Part shown: piece by piece, positions 1-9,081 of the stretch
Position numbering within the stretch: position 1 is the first letter of the stretch
How the letters are laid out: each line of letters starts with the position of its first letter
Origin: a virus
Taxonomy: Duplodnaviria > Heunggongvirae > Uroviricota > Caudoviricetes
Virus record (IMG/VR): IMGVR_UViG_3300046656_000613
Span: 30,167-94,166 of that record
DNA: 64,000 nt
Reading direction: 5' to 3' (one strand)
Position numbers and translations under genes: made by a program
The notes under the pieces: model-generated
Databases searched by the model: none
What the model was told of the DNA's origin: nothing
What the model saw: only the letters and a program-made list of their open reading frames with translations

Positions 1-85
1 CGGCTGCTGCGCGGCGCCTGCGCATGAGGTTGCGCATGTATAGCCTGCGGTGCTCAGACGGCATGGGGCTATTCCCTGATCTGGC

Positions 86-463
86 TCATTGGATTGCCGC
101 GCGCAAATTATCGATATCAGCCCAGATTGATGGCGCATTCTTCTCCAGTCGCGCCAGTCCGGTGCCGATGCCGTCCAGCGGCCAGATGATTGTCCGTCCT
201 CGTTGGGCGGCTTCCATCAGGCGCCGCATCGTCGGCTGCTCGGCCGCAAACCAATTGTCGTAATCATGGTCTGCGAGGAAAGCGTCAGGCTCCATCGACG
301 GCTTGCGCTTGGTAGCGATGCCGATGGCGTTGGGCTCGCCGCGCGCCTCAGCCGCCTGCCCGCCCAGGCCGTGCCGCATCATATTGTCGCCGAACACGAA
401 CAGCCAGTCGGGATGCGCCTTAATATAGGCGCGGGTGTATTTCTTGATGTAAAGCAGCGTCAC
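86..463 (-). CDS. hypothetical phage protein (125 aa)
   Basis: ORF track; sits in the compact minus-strand gene string; motif LFVFGDN; function unknown. Confidence 0.45.
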   Translation of the reverse strand: MTLLYIKKYTRAYIKAHPDWLFVFGDNMMRHGLGGQAAEARGEPNAIGIATKRKPSMEPDAFLADHDYDNWFAAEQPTMRRLMEAAQRGRTIIWPLDGIGTGLARLEKNAPSIWADIDNLRAAIQ

Positions 464-660
464 AGCCGCGCCTCCCAGCCCCGCAACCAGCGGCCGAAGG
501 TCTCCATGAAAGTGGCTTCCAGCTCGACATCGACCGGCATCATGATCAGCATCTCGCGCGTCACCATCAAGTCGAGCGCGTCGCCGCGTCCGGCCTCGGC
601 ATCGGCCTCAACATGCTGGGAATAGGGGGTGTACATCCCCTCATAATCAACGGCTGGCAT
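460..660 (-). CDS. hypothetical small protein (start at internal Met)
   Basis: ORF 460..783; N-terminal part is low-complexity, so a later start is assumed. Confidence 0.3.
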   Translation of the reverse strand: MPAVDYEGMYTPYSQHVEADAEAGRGDALDLMVTREMLIMMPVDVELEATFMETFGRWLRGWEARL

Positions 661-922
661 TGGGGTCGGCCTCCACGGCACGGATGGCGTAGGCCAGCAT
701 GCGCATCCAGGTTCTGATGAACTCGGTTTTGTCTTCCTTGGTCTCGATCGCCCCCTCGCGCTTGGCGTGGCCGGCGACGGCAAGGGCCATGATGCTGGCG
801 GCGTGGACGAGATCGTCGGTCATCGCGTCCAGAATCGTGACGATCGCCTTGGACATCACCATGTCTGCCTCGTCCTGGGCGGAGGGCCGGCTCTTCTCGA
901 TCAGTACGGATGCGTCAACCAC
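647..922 (-). CDS. hypothetical protein (91 aa)
   Basis: ORF track; same-strand neighbours. Confidence 0.35.
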   Translation of the reverse strand: MVDASVLIEKSRPSAQDEADMVMSKAIVTILDAMTDDLVHAASIMALAVAGHAKREGAIETKEDKTEFIRTWMRMLAYAIRAVEADPNASR

Positions 923-971
923 TGGACCCTCCCCATTTCACCACGCAACGTAATCGATGCGGTCCGCCCGG

Positions 972-1373
972 TCAATAGGGGATGTTGTCGAGGGTCTCCT
1001 CGGGCATGGCCGGCGCCCGGTCGCCCCCGCCGCCCTCCTTGCGGTCGAGGAAGATCACCTCGCCATGGAAGGCCGAGACAATGATCTCGGTGATGGTGCG
1101 CTTCTCGCCGTCCTTCTCATAGTCGCGGGTTTCCAGATCCCCCATGACCATGACCTTGCTGCCCGTCTTGAGGTATTTGGCGCAGGGATCGGCGATGTTC
1201 TTATTGTAGACAACAACGCGATTCCAGGAGGTCTTCTCCTGCTTCTCGCCGTCCTTGTCTTTCCACTTCCGGGTGGTGGCCACGGACAGCGAGACCACCT
1301 TATTGCCGTTGCTGAGATCGCGCACCTCGGGGTCTTGACCGAGATACCCGATAATCTGAGCCCGTGCGAGCAT
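972..1373 (-). CDS. ssb: single-stranded DNA-binding protein
   Basis: OB-fold SSB signature (IIGYLGQDPEVR...NG..VV.LSVAT...W.DK.GE..E.T.WNRVVV), Gly-rich linker and acidic C-terminal tip DNIPY. Confidence 0.9.
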   Translation of the reverse strand: MLARAQIIGYLGQDPEVRDLSNGNKVVSLSVATTRKWKDKDGEKQEKTSWNRVVVYNKNIADPCAKYLKTGSKVMVMGDLETRDYEKDGEKRTITEIIVSAFHGEVIFLDRKEGGGGDRAPAMPEETLDNIPY

Positions 1374-1374
1374 G

Positions 1375-1572
1375 TTATTTCTTTCGTTGCTTCTGTGCCT
1401 TGCGAATTGCCTTACGCATCTTATCTGCTACATCTGCCAGAAAATGAAACGTCTCTTCCTCGCCCTGCGCCATGATCAGCTCGTTGACCGCATCGCAGAC
1501 CTTCTTCTCAGGCGCCACTGATGAGCGTCGGATACGCGGGTGCTTCTTGGGAAATTGGTGAACGACCCCCAT
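1375..1572 (-). CDS. hypothetical small basic protein
   Basis: ORF track; stop abuts the ssb start. Confidence 0.35.
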   Translation of the reverse strand: MGVVHQFPKKHPRIRRSSVAPEKKVCDAVNELIMAQGEEETFHFLADVADKMRKAIRKAQKQRKK

Positions 1573-1828
1573 GCCATGCCCTCAATGCTGCTTTGGCCGC
1601 AGCGGTGCGCGTGAAGAAATGTCGGTGCCCCGGTGGCCGCGGCGCACGGAATCGCCGCCACAGCCATTCTCGCCCTTCGCCATCGACCCGGCAAACGAAA
1701 AAGAGTCCACGGGAATAATCCCCGTGGACTTCAATGCCGTACTCTGTATTGATGTATAAGTCCTGACTTACGCGGTAAAAACGGACCTTGAGCACCGTGA
1801 ATTCTGCCGGGTCCATGGTCTCTCCCTA

Positions 1829-2065
1829 TTACAACGTGCCGTCTCGTTTTCTTTGCCCCAGCCGGCGCTTGGCAGCCAAGTCGATCTCCCGGCTGCGCTC
1901 GCACCGCTTGCAGTCGGGATGGCAGGGGTATTTCGATCGACGCCCAAGGGCGCGGGTTTCCCGGAACAGAGCGACCCGCTCGTTGATCGGCCGCTCCAGA
2001 TCCTCGATCCGCTCTTTCGCCCGGCGCAGCAGCGCCGCCATATCCGATACGCCATTGCCGGTCAT
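1829..2065 (-). CDS. hypothetical Cys4 zinc-finger protein (start at internal Met)
   Basis: C-terminal CHPDCKRCERS motif; the longer ORF 1829..2248 overlaps the HAD gene, so a later start is assumed. Confidence 0.3.
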   Translation of the reverse strand: MTGNGVSDMAALLRRAKERIEDLERPINERVALFRETRALGRRSKYPCHPDCKRCERSREIDLAAKRRLGQRKRDGTL

Positions 2066-2105
2066 CTCGTAGGCCCGGATGCGCAGCTCGATTTCTTCTG
2101 CAACA

Positions 2106-2555
2106 CTAAGTGGCAACAGCATGTGTGAGTCCCAAGAGATGCTCCACCCTGGCGAGATGCTGGGGCAGCAGGCCGTGTTGGTAGCTGGTCTGCACGAAGC
2201 GGCGCGCGACGGCTCCGCGGAAAAACTGCATGTCGTCGAGGATGGCATAAGCCTGGACTTGCGGGTGCCCGGCCAGCCATGTCTCGATTTCCCGTTGCCG
2301 GCCGTCCATGCTGAGAGTGACGGAATGGAGCGGGATGCCGGCCTTCTCGATCATATCAACCAGCCGCCCGTCCAGGCGCCATGTGGAGGAGAGCGCGACG
2401 ACGACTTCCGGGTGCGCCTTCAGCCAGTTCAGCAGCAGCGCGACCAGCTTGGCGTCGAGCCCGTGCATGGCGGCCCAGATGCTGTCGCCGCCGATGCGCT
2501 CTTTTGTTGTGGCTTTGTTTAGGACACCATCAATATCCAGGAACAGGACTTTCAT
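2106..2555 (-). CDS. HAD-superfamily hydrolase (phage nucleotide phosphatase-like)
   Basis: Motif I MKVLFLDIDGVLN at the internal Met; HAD-like fold features; upstream part of ORF 2106..2675 is Arg/Ser-rich junk. Confidence 0.65.
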   Translation of the reverse strand: MKVLFLDIDGVLNKATTKERIGGDSIWAAMHGLDAKLVALLLNWLKAHPEVVVALSSTWRLDGRLVDMIEKAGIPLHSVTLSMDGRQREIETWLAGHPQVQAYAILDDMQFFRGAVARRFVQTSYQHGLLPQHLARVEHLLGLTHAVAT

Positions 2556-2801
2556 CGCCACCCAATCTGTTGACCAGAACCTCCTGGCTGACCTGCTCGG
2601 CGACCTCCGCAGGATCGCGCCCGCGGAGATCTGTGCATTTGTATTCGACGGCTTCCGCGCCGGCAGCGCCGGCACTCAGCGCCATCACTGCTGCATCGGC
2701 ATGACATTCCTCCACGGTTGGATAGCGCTTAGCCACGGACACGCCCACAGTGCTATCGAGAAAGATAACCATTACCAGCAGCCATATACCGGCACCTGAG
2801 A

Positions 2802-3158
2802 TCATTTGCCCGTTTCCCGCATTAACGCCAACTCTGGGTATTCCGTCATCAGCACGCCGACGGCGGCGTACATCGCGTTGCTTCGTGAGACCGCGAGCTG
2901 CGCGGTCAGGGCGGCATCCTGCTCGGTGTACGGCACATACATCTGATTGCCGCGGTAGCACAGCACCCAATGTCGATTCATCTTGTCGAACTTTACCGTC
3001 CAGCGGTCCAGCTCGGCGTAATAAGCCTCCACCATCTGATTAATGAGGGCGGAGGCTTTGTCCACCGTCATGCGGGCGGGGCTGCGGGCGGCGTCAGACC
3101 GGAGAACACCAGCCAGACGATAATCGCCGCGGCAACGCAGCCGGCGAGCGACCACCAC
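2802..3158 (-). CDS. hypothetical protein (118 aa)
   Basis: ORF track. Confidence 0.35.
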   Translation of the reverse strand: MVVARRLRCRGDYRLAGVLRSDAARSPARMTVDKASALINQMVEAYYAELDRWTVKFDKMNRHWVLCYRGNQMYVPYTEQDAALTAQLAVSRSNAMYAAVGVLMTEYPELALMRETGK

Positions 3159-3174
3159 AATTGCGATCGTGTCA

Positions 3175-3480
3175 TCATTGCACTTTCTCCTTTTGCCGCT
3201 TCACTGCGGCTTCCCAGATCTGCTGGATCACGCGCTTCAACGCATTGTTGTGTTTCACGATAAACTCTGCCGCAGTCTCCGGGGTATCGAGCTGCGCATC
3301 CTCGCCGGCCGCCAGGGCAAGCGCGGTGGTCAGGATCGCCAGCCGGGTGTTGGGCTGGAACTCCTGGAGCATATTGCGGATCTCAGCCGCCGCCTGTGCC
3401 GTCCTCGGATCTGCTGTCATGGCCCTGGCCTCCGTCCTGTGCAGTGCAGCCCGTGCTCCGAGCCGCCCTTCATGGTGCAT
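3175..3480 (-). CDS. hypothetical protein (101 aa)
   Basis: ORF track. Confidence 0.35.
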   Translation of the reverse strand: MHHEGRLGARAALHRTEARAMTADPRTAQAAAEIRNMLQEFQPNTRLAILTTALALAAGEDAQLDTPETAAEFIVKHNNALKRVIQQIWEAAVKRQKEKVQ

Positions 3481-3592
3481 TTCTGTTCAAGCGGCTGCTC
3501 GGGGCGGTCCCGCCAATGCGGCGCCCGGCTGAGGCCACCGAAGGTGAGCACCATGAACAGCCAGAGGAAGAGCATGGCCACGCCGAACGGCA

Positions 3593-4141
3593 TTACACCA
3601 CTCCTCCCACAGAGCGCCACTGATCGATGCGTTCCTGCCGCGCCTTGATCACCTCTTCCGATTCCTTGGAAAAAGTCGATGCCTGCACGGCGTAGCCATC
3701 GGGGATATCGTAGGCGGCACGCACCATCGCAGCGCAGACCGCGCGCGGGAGCTGAGCGCGATCGTAATGCGCGGGGGAGCTATAGCGCACCGGCTTACCA
3801 TTCGGGTAATGCCGGGCAGCATTCGACCACGGCAACCCATCGGCGGGGCCAGTCGGGATGATCTCAGCTTGCAGATGGCCGATATGCCACCACCAGTTCT
3901 CGGGGATCAGCATCAGCGCATGAGAGAGATTCGAACTCGGTGACAGCGCGCCGGATGCGCCGGCCTTCAATGCCCTGATCACCGCGGAATCGATATCGTA
4001 ACCATGCCCACCTCGCGCCAGCCGCGAGATCAGCCGGCGCACTTCTGGGTGCGGCAGATCGAGGAAGTCATATTCGGGAGCTTCGGTCACAGCGTACCCT
4101 CCTCGCGCCGCAGCCGCTGCTCGGCAGCAAGCCTCAGCCAA
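3593..4141 (-). CDS. hypothetical protein (182 aa)
   Basis: ORF track. Confidence 0.4.
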   Translation of the reverse strand: MAEACCRAAAAARGGYAVTEAPEYDFLDLPHPEVRRLISRLARGGHGYDIDSAVIRALKAGASGALSPSSNLSHALMLIPENWWWHIGHLQAEIIPTGPADGLPWSNAARHYPNGKPVRYSSPAHYDRAQLPRAVCAAMVRAAYDIPDGYAVQASTFSKESEEVIKARQERIDQWRSVGGVV

Positions 4142-4335
4142 TCGTTGATGGTCTCGCCGTTCTTATCGGCTGATTCCTTGATCCGCCGATGCAGAGATTG
4201 CGAAACATAAGAGTGCATGCCCATCTTATCCTTGCGGTTGGGCTGCACGCGCGACGCGCCATTTTTCTCACCGATCGGCATCACAGCAAAATCCATAGAG
4301 CCAGCAAAACAACGCCCAGCCCGATCATCAGCCAA
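4087..4335 (-). CDS. putative ribbon-helix-helix / HicB-like DNA-binding protein
   Basis: C-terminal SLHRRIKESADKNGETINDWLRLAAEQRL resembles RHH antitoxin-type folds; start uncertain. Confidence 0.35.
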   Translation of the reverse strand: MADDRAGRCFAGSMDFAVMPIGEKNGASRVQPNRKDKMGMHSYVSQSLHRRIKESADKNGETINDWLRLAAEQRLRREEGTL

Positions 4336-4438
4336 TCGACCGGCAGGGTGTTGGCGTCAACCCACTGGAGCTTTCGCTTCAGCCAGATGCCGACGGGGGT
4401 TAGGTTCTTGTCATCCGTGAACATTGTTTCTCTTTTCC

Positions 4439-4864
4439 TCAGTCGGCACTCTCGGCGCGCAGCCTCAGCAGATGTTCGGCGTAATAGCCGAGGCCGCCGT
4501 ATGTTTCCCCGTCCTGCTCATGAACGGCTCCGTTCGGCCACAGCAGCACGACGAACTTGTTTTCGATGCCGGCTGTGGTGATCGCCATGGGGGGCTCATA
4601 GTCCGCCGATTCCGCCACCTCCCAAGCAATCACCGGCCACTGCACCAGGATACGCAGGATGTCATCAACCGTCTTGGCGGCCTTCATCTTGTCGGTGTCG
4701 AATTCGATCACATAATACCCAGGCAGAGCCGGGATGATTACCTTCGCCACGACGGGCTCCTCTTCGATCTCGTCTTCGTCTTCATCCTGGAATATCCAGA
4801 TCAGCCACGCCGCGAACGCCGCGGTCAGCAGCACGGCGCCCGGCGACATGGTGAGGGTGATCAT
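4439..4864 (-). CDS. hypothetical membrane-anchored acidic protein
   Basis: N-terminal hydrophobic helix followed by a DEDEDEIEEE acidic run. Confidence 0.4.
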   Translation of the reverse strand: MITLTMSPGAVLLTAAFAAWLIWIFQDEDEDEIEEEPVVAKVIIPALPGYYVIEFDTDKMKAAKTVDDILRILVQWPVIAWEVAESADYEPPMAITTAGIENKFVVLLWPNGAVHEQDGETYGGLGYYAEHLLRLRAESAD

Positions 4865-5078
4865 TTTGCAAACAGCTCATAGGCAAACAGCAAGCCGCCG
4901 ATGACGATCAGCGCCCTTAGCCCAATGACAATCCAGCGCGTCCGGGTCGGGCCGGATAACCAGAACTCTGTCTTGCAGCTCGGGCACCAGATTGCCCCGA
5001 ACCTGCCGTCCCATTCCATGTCCGGGATGACGTTCGTCGAGCTGCACTTCGGACATTTTACGACTTCGATGGTCACAG
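4861..5078 (-). CDS. zinc-ribbon membrane protein
   Basis: CPKC...CPSC zinc ribbon followed by a C-terminal TM helix; start moved to an internal GTG to avoid overlap with the next gene. Confidence 0.35.
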
Positions 5079-5273
5079 CCCGCGCTCCACATACAACTGC
5101 ATCAGCATCCTCCGCAGCACGGCCTCGGTCGGCCTGCCCTTCTTGATCCTGGCGCCGCGCGCCCGCGCCGTGTCGATGAAAGCCTCGGCAAAGCGCTCCG
5201 GCGTCTCCAGGGACTTCACCCAGCGATCCAACTCGGCAATCTCCTCCTCGCGATTGAGATCGGGCGCACTCAT
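5073..5273 (-). CDS. hypothetical protein (66 aa)
   Basis: Well-formed small ORF between neighbours. Confidence 0.4.
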   Translation of the reverse strand: MSAPDLNREEEIAELDRWVKSLETPERFAEAFIDTARARGARIKKGRPTEAVLRRMLMQLYVERGL

Positions 5274-5476
5274 GCCCCACCCTCATGAATATCGCGCAGG
5301 GTATCGGAGACGCCCTCGACGGTCTCGGCCAGATTGATCATCGTGGCAACCAGCAGCTCCAGCCCCAATCCCTCGGTGGAACAACCAGACAATCTGCTGG
5401 CCCGCATGACATCCAGCTCTCGGCGTATCTCCGTTCGCTGGGCGCGCCGAAGGTTCCGCTCACGCTCACTCATCAC
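5270..5476 (-). CDS. hypothetical protein (68 aa)
   Basis: ORF track; 4-nt overlap with neighbour. Confidence 0.3.
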   Translation of the reverse strand: MMSERERNLRRAQRTEIRRELDVMRASRLSGCSTEGLGLELLVATMINLAETVEGVSDTLRDIHEGGA

Positions 5477-5859
5477 GCATCCTCATCAACATAGAACCGG
5501 GCGACAGTGCCCATCAGGATCTCGCGCTCGGCGACGCGCGTGGCCTCGCGGCGACGCAGATGGACGATCGCATTATCGAGCTGCGGGAGGAGCTGGCCGC
5601 TCCACCCGCGCTCCTCCACCCAATCCACCCAGCCCTCAGTCTCGCCGCACCAGAAGCCGACTTGGCATGAATGGCGGACATAGCTGCGATGAATGCTGCC
5701 CATGCGCAAGCCGGGCTCATTGTTGATCCGATGCCGCACGGCCTCGACGAACAGGTCCAGCTCGGCCTCGACGTCTCTCACCCCCGCCACCACCGGACCA
5801 TGGCCTCGGCGCGCTCGCAACAGCCGGGGAACAGCGAGCCGCCAGCGCAGAGGCCGCAC
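5473..5859 (-). CDS. hypothetical protein
   Basis: ORF track; start uncertain. Confidence 0.3.
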   Translation of the reverse strand: MRPLRWRLAVPRLLRARRGHGPVVAGVRDVEAELDLFVEAVRHRINNEPGLRMGSIHRSYVRHSCQVGFWCGETEGWVDWVEERGWSGQLLPQLDNAIVHLRRREATRVAEREILMGTVARFYVDEDA

Positions 5860-6016
5860 CCATCATCGGCCGCCGCCCGGCACGGCTTCAGCCCGAAGCC
5901 CATCTGCAACCAGATCAGCGGCCACATCGGCGCCAGGACGATTCCGCGCACGAGCTTGCCCGGCTTCGGCGGCTCCTGATAATCGCCCTGATAACCCGGT
6001 AATGCCTGTTCCATCG

Positions 6017-6247
6017 TCACTTTCCTTCTCTCGCCTTCAATAATCTGCGCACGGCAGGGAAGTGGTCGGCAGGGAAGTGGTCGGCACCGCAGCGCGTGCA
6101 CTCCCACCCCTCGTCCAACGACCCTCCGCACAGGACGCAAGGGCTGCCTCGCGTGTCAAAGCTCGGAGGCAGGATATCGATCTCGAAGCCCGTCCTGTTC
6201 GGCGGGTTCTCGACCCAGATCGGTTTCAGCCCGGCGACGGGTCTCAT
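6017..6247 (-). CDS. hypothetical zinc-ribbon protein
   Basis: CVLCGG...CTRCG motif; contains a 15-bp tandem duplication encoding ADHFPADHFP. Confidence 0.3.
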   Translation of the reverse strand: MRPVAGLKPIWVENPPNRTGFEIDILPPSFDTRGSPCVLCGGSLDEGWECTRCGADHFPADHFPAVRRLLKAREGK

Positions 6248-6422
6248 TTCAGCTTCCCATCCAGCACTCTTTTGCCATGTTCGATCAACTGCTGCCCGTG
6301 CCAGATGGCCTGCTGGGGGGAAAACTCCAGAACCAAAACGGCCCCAGCGCCAAGCTTGAACTCCACAGAGACATGTGGTGGATCAGGGAAATCCCCATGA
6401 ACCTGAACCAACGTATACTCGC

Positions 6423-6677
6423 TCATAGCGCCGGCACCTCGAAGCCCAATTCCTTGCAGATCCTGGCGATGTCCAGGAGGAACTCATGCTTGGCCTCGGC
6501 CGAGAACGACGTCAGGCCACCGCTGGCTTTCACGCCGATCTTCTCCAGCGCGAGCGACAGCTCCGTGATTGTCGCGGCCGGTTGAGATCTGCCAACCGGG
6601 AGAACCCCAGCTTCGCGCATCTCCGCAACGATGCCGTCGAAGAACTTATCTGTCTCGGCTTGAGAATCGCTCATCAC
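6423..6677 (-). CDS. hypothetical protein (84 aa)
   Basis: ORF track. Confidence 0.35.
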   Translation of the reverse strand: MMSDSQAETDKFFDGIVAEMREAGVLPVGRSQPAATITELSLALEKIGVKASGGLTSFSAEAKHEFLLDIARICKELGFEVPAL

Positions 6678-7054
6678 TTCAACTCCACTAAGCTTACATA
6701 CCCCTTGCTCGCCCTGATCCCATCGGCCGCCATGCCCAGCATGAGTGCGGCAACCGCTTCGGGGTCGGCGACGCTGACATCCCCGACATCCGTCGTCATG
6801 TCAAACCCAACGCCCTCCCAGCCGCTCTGGTAGGTGGGCACGACCCTGCCGGAAAAACGGACAGCACTCGTCGGTAGCTTCTGGGCGCGACATCCACCAA
6901 GATCCGTCGAAAGCCTCCAGACCTGATCCCGGTCGTTTTCATAAATGCGGCGCGGCAGGCCACGAAGCTTGGCCTCGATAATTTTCTCAACCGCCTGCGC
7001 AAACTGATGCACATCAGGCCCCAGCACCTTTGCCGCGAACTCCTCGTAGGTCAC
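6674..7054 (-). CDS. hypothetical protein (126 aa)
   Basis: ORF track. Confidence 0.4.
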   Translation of the reverse strand: MTYEEFAAKVLGPDVHQFAQAVEKIIEAKLRGLPRRIYENDRDQVWRLSTDLGGCRAQKLPTSAVRFSGRVVPTYQSGWEGVGFDMTTDVGDVSVADPEAVAALMLGMAADGIRASKGYVSLVELK

Positions 7055-7503
7055 TTCACCCTCGCCTTCTGCGCGCAGATCTCCAGCGCCAACGCATCCG
7101 TCCGCCCCTCGCCGCGCACATACCGCCCGTCAGGGTGGGTCAGCAGCCAGAACGTGTAGAATTCTCCATTCATGGTATAGTCATTGTGGATGGCGACCAT
7201 CCACCCAGCCCGGCGCAAGGCGCTCAAATGCCGGGCATGAAGCCCCTCGGTCTCAGGAAGTAATTCGTATGGCTCAACGCCGAGCGCCCCAGCCACCAAC
7301 TCCATCATCATCTGCGTTAGCCCAACCAAGCCGCGCTCAATTCGACTGATGTGCGCTTGCGTTGTGCCAATCCTGTTGGCCAGTTCAGTCGTTGAAATCC
7401 CCAGCGCCCCGCGCAGCTCCCTGACCCTATTGCCCCGCGTCGATTGGCCAAGCGATCGAGGTCGATCATGGCCATCCTCAATATCCGTGGTCTCAGCCAT
7501 CAC
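7051..7503 (-). CDS. XRE-family HTH transcriptional regulator (Cro/CI-type) with C-terminal domain
   Basis: HTH signature LRGALGISTTELANRIGTTQAHISRIERG. Confidence 0.7.
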   Translation of the reverse strand: MMAETTDIEDGHDRPRSLGQSTRGNRVRELRGALGISTTELANRIGTTQAHISRIERGLVGLTQMMMELVAGALGVEPYELLPETEGLHARHLSALRRAGWMVAIHNDYTMNGEFYTFWLLTHPDGRYVRGEGRTDALALEICAQKARVK

Positions 7504-7883
7504 TTCACCCCCAGCCGCATCTCAATCGCCGTCGCGACCCACTCTTCAAGCGTGGTCTCCGCCTGCGCAGCCTCCACCTTGACCCGAGTGGCCAGATCCT
7601 TCTCGATCCATATATTGAGCTGGCGCTTGCCGACCCGGCCCGCCTCGCGCGCCTTGCCAATCACCTCGGCCGTGCGCTTCTTCCCCTTCGTCGCCACACT
7701 CGGCGCAGGCTTGGCCGGCTTCAGATCCGGGGGAGGCGCATCAGCAACCTCAACCATCTTGCCAATGGCTCGCTGCAAATCCGTCAGCGACGCCTTCTTC
7801 TCCTCGCGCGAGGGACGCCCCTGCTCGGTATGCCGGGCCTCTCGCATCGCCCGCAGCGCTTCTGTCTTTGTCCCCTTGGTCAT
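7500..7883 (-). CDS. putative ribbon-helix-helix DNA-binding protein (candidate repressor)
   Basis: C-terminal RQLNIWIEKDLATRVKVEAAQAETTLEEWVATAIEMRL is RHH-like; start lies directly at a promoter with TCTAGA repeats. Confidence 0.45.
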   Translation of the reverse strand: MTKGTKTEALRAMREARHTEQGRPSREEKKASLTDLQRAIGKMVEVADAPPPDLKPAKPAPSVATKGKKRTAEVIGKAREAGRVGKRQLNIWIEKDLATRVKVEAAQAETTLEEWVATAIEMRLGVK

Positions 7884-7891
7884 GTCTAGAT

Positions 7892-7920
7892 GTATAGATG
7901 TCTAGATAGCTAGCTGTCAA
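7892..7920 (-). promoter_or_regulatory. sigma70-like promoter for the 7883 gene, with TCTAGA operator repeats (7884..7912) and a near-leaderless start
   Basis: Minus strand reads TTGACA, 17 nt, CTATAC; only about 8 nt from the -10 to the ATG; three CTAGATG-type repeats. Confidence 0.45.
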
Positions 7921-8012
7921 TGGCCTTTTTGGGGGAAGGGGGAAGTGAAGTAAAAATTTTTTTGATTGTGTGGGGGAGGATGGCACTATGGGCGCGCCCG
8001 TACTCCGCACGC

Positions 8013-8033
8013 GGGGGTGGGTGGGGGTGGGGG
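8013..8033 (+). other. G-quadruplex-forming motif GGGGGTGGGTGGGGGTGGGGG
   Basis: Four G3-5 tracts with 1-nt loops; further G5 tracts at 7931-7945 and an A5T8 tract at 7952-7966. Confidence 0.5.
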
Positions 8034-8453
8034 CGTGTGCACGTGGCGCGTGTGCTGCGCGCGGTGTTCTTTCGCGCGCGCATGTGCATCAGGCCATTCG
8101 CATAAGGTATCTTATGGCAAATTGGCCCCGGCTGCCAGGGGGTGCAAACCCTTGCTCACCAACGGTTTCCGGGGTGTGGCGACAGCGGACTGCCGCGACC
8201 TGTCGAGGGTGCGCATGCCACCCCGCCTCGCCACGCGCGGAGAATCGCGCACAGGCGCGTAGTAATACCCCGCTTTCGCATGCGAGGCCCGCCGACTTAG
8301 TTGAGCGACGAAGCGCATCCACAACCTGTGGCTGATACGCGCATGCGACAATCGCGTGTGAGTGTGCGCGGGTAGTCTTTCCTGGGGCTATCTGGCAATG
8401 GTCTGAGAGTTGTGCAAGGCGGCGATTTGGGCGTCAATTTTCGCGGGGATAGA

Positions 8454-8717
8454 CTACGCATGCGCGTGAGGCGCGTGAGGATGGCTACACACGGGCGCGG
8501 GCGCGGTGTCTTGGCCTAGCGACGCATCGCGGGCGAGCGCGACCAGCGCGGGATTGACTACGCACATGCGCACAAGCGTCGCGAGCGCGCCCGGAATGGG
8601 TCGCTCACCCGAGCGCCAGCGTCGCGCGCTGCGCACGGTGGTTCCTTCCCAGGCCGCGAGGTCAGCCGTTTTCAACCCAAGCGTGTGGCAGTGTGCTGTC
8701 AGTTCTGCGGCGGTCAT
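8454..8717 (-). CDS. HTH DNA-binding protein (Cro/antitoxin-like)
   Basis: LGLKTADLAAWEGTTVRSARRWRSGERPIPGALATLVRMCV is HTH-like; start placed at the sixth-codon Met. Confidence 0.5.
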   Translation of the reverse strand: MTAAELTAHCHTLGLKTADLAAWEGTTVRSARRWRSGERPIPGALATLVRMCVVNPALVALARDASLGQDTAPAPVCSHPHAPHAHA

Positions 8718-8761
8718 GCGGGAGGGCATCAAAACTCCAAGCTGAGCAACGGTTTTGTGAG

Positions 8762-8770
8762 TTATCCACA
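8762..8770 (+). promoter_or_regulatory. perfect DnaA-box consensus TTATCCACA
   Basis: Exact 9-mer, 30-45 bp upstream of the 8717 start. Confidence 0.4.
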
Positions 8771-8810
8771 GGCTATTTCAGTTTCAACCAGAGATTGGTT
8801 TACAGGACCG

Positions 8811-8838
8811 TCCGGTCCCCCTATAGTGAGGGCATAGC
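8811..8838 (-). promoter_or_regulatory. T3/T7-like single-subunit RNAP promoter core (CCCTCACTATAGGGGGA on minus strand)
   Basis: 12/12 match to CTCACTATAGGG and 16/17 to the T3/T7 core (-11 to +6); adjacent palindrome GGACCGTCCGGTCC. Confidence 0.35.
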
Positions 8839-9081
8839 AGAGACGGACCGGAAACGCTCCACTCTGCTACAAGGGCTCTGACGACGTTACCCGGCCCTAT
8901 GTCGGGACAAGTCACCCTAAAGAGATGCTGGGCACACACGACCGTGCAAGCATCCCGCAAGCGTCCGGTTAGTCCGGCCAGCGCATGCGGGCTGCACGGT
9001 GCCCAGGCTCAATATGAGCTTGGCTGTGCGTAGCATCAAGCACGTAGTGCTTCACTGGTCAGCCAGTGGAGTGTGAACTAA

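Noticed and set aside
203-3648. Many plus-strand ORFs of 60-190 aa in the first 8 kb (e.g. 203..625, 957..1475, 2079..2522, 3169..3648)
   Set aside because: They are antisense to a tightly packed minus-strand gene string in 65 % GC DNA; Arg/Ala/Pro-rich translations with no start context are typical GC artefacts.
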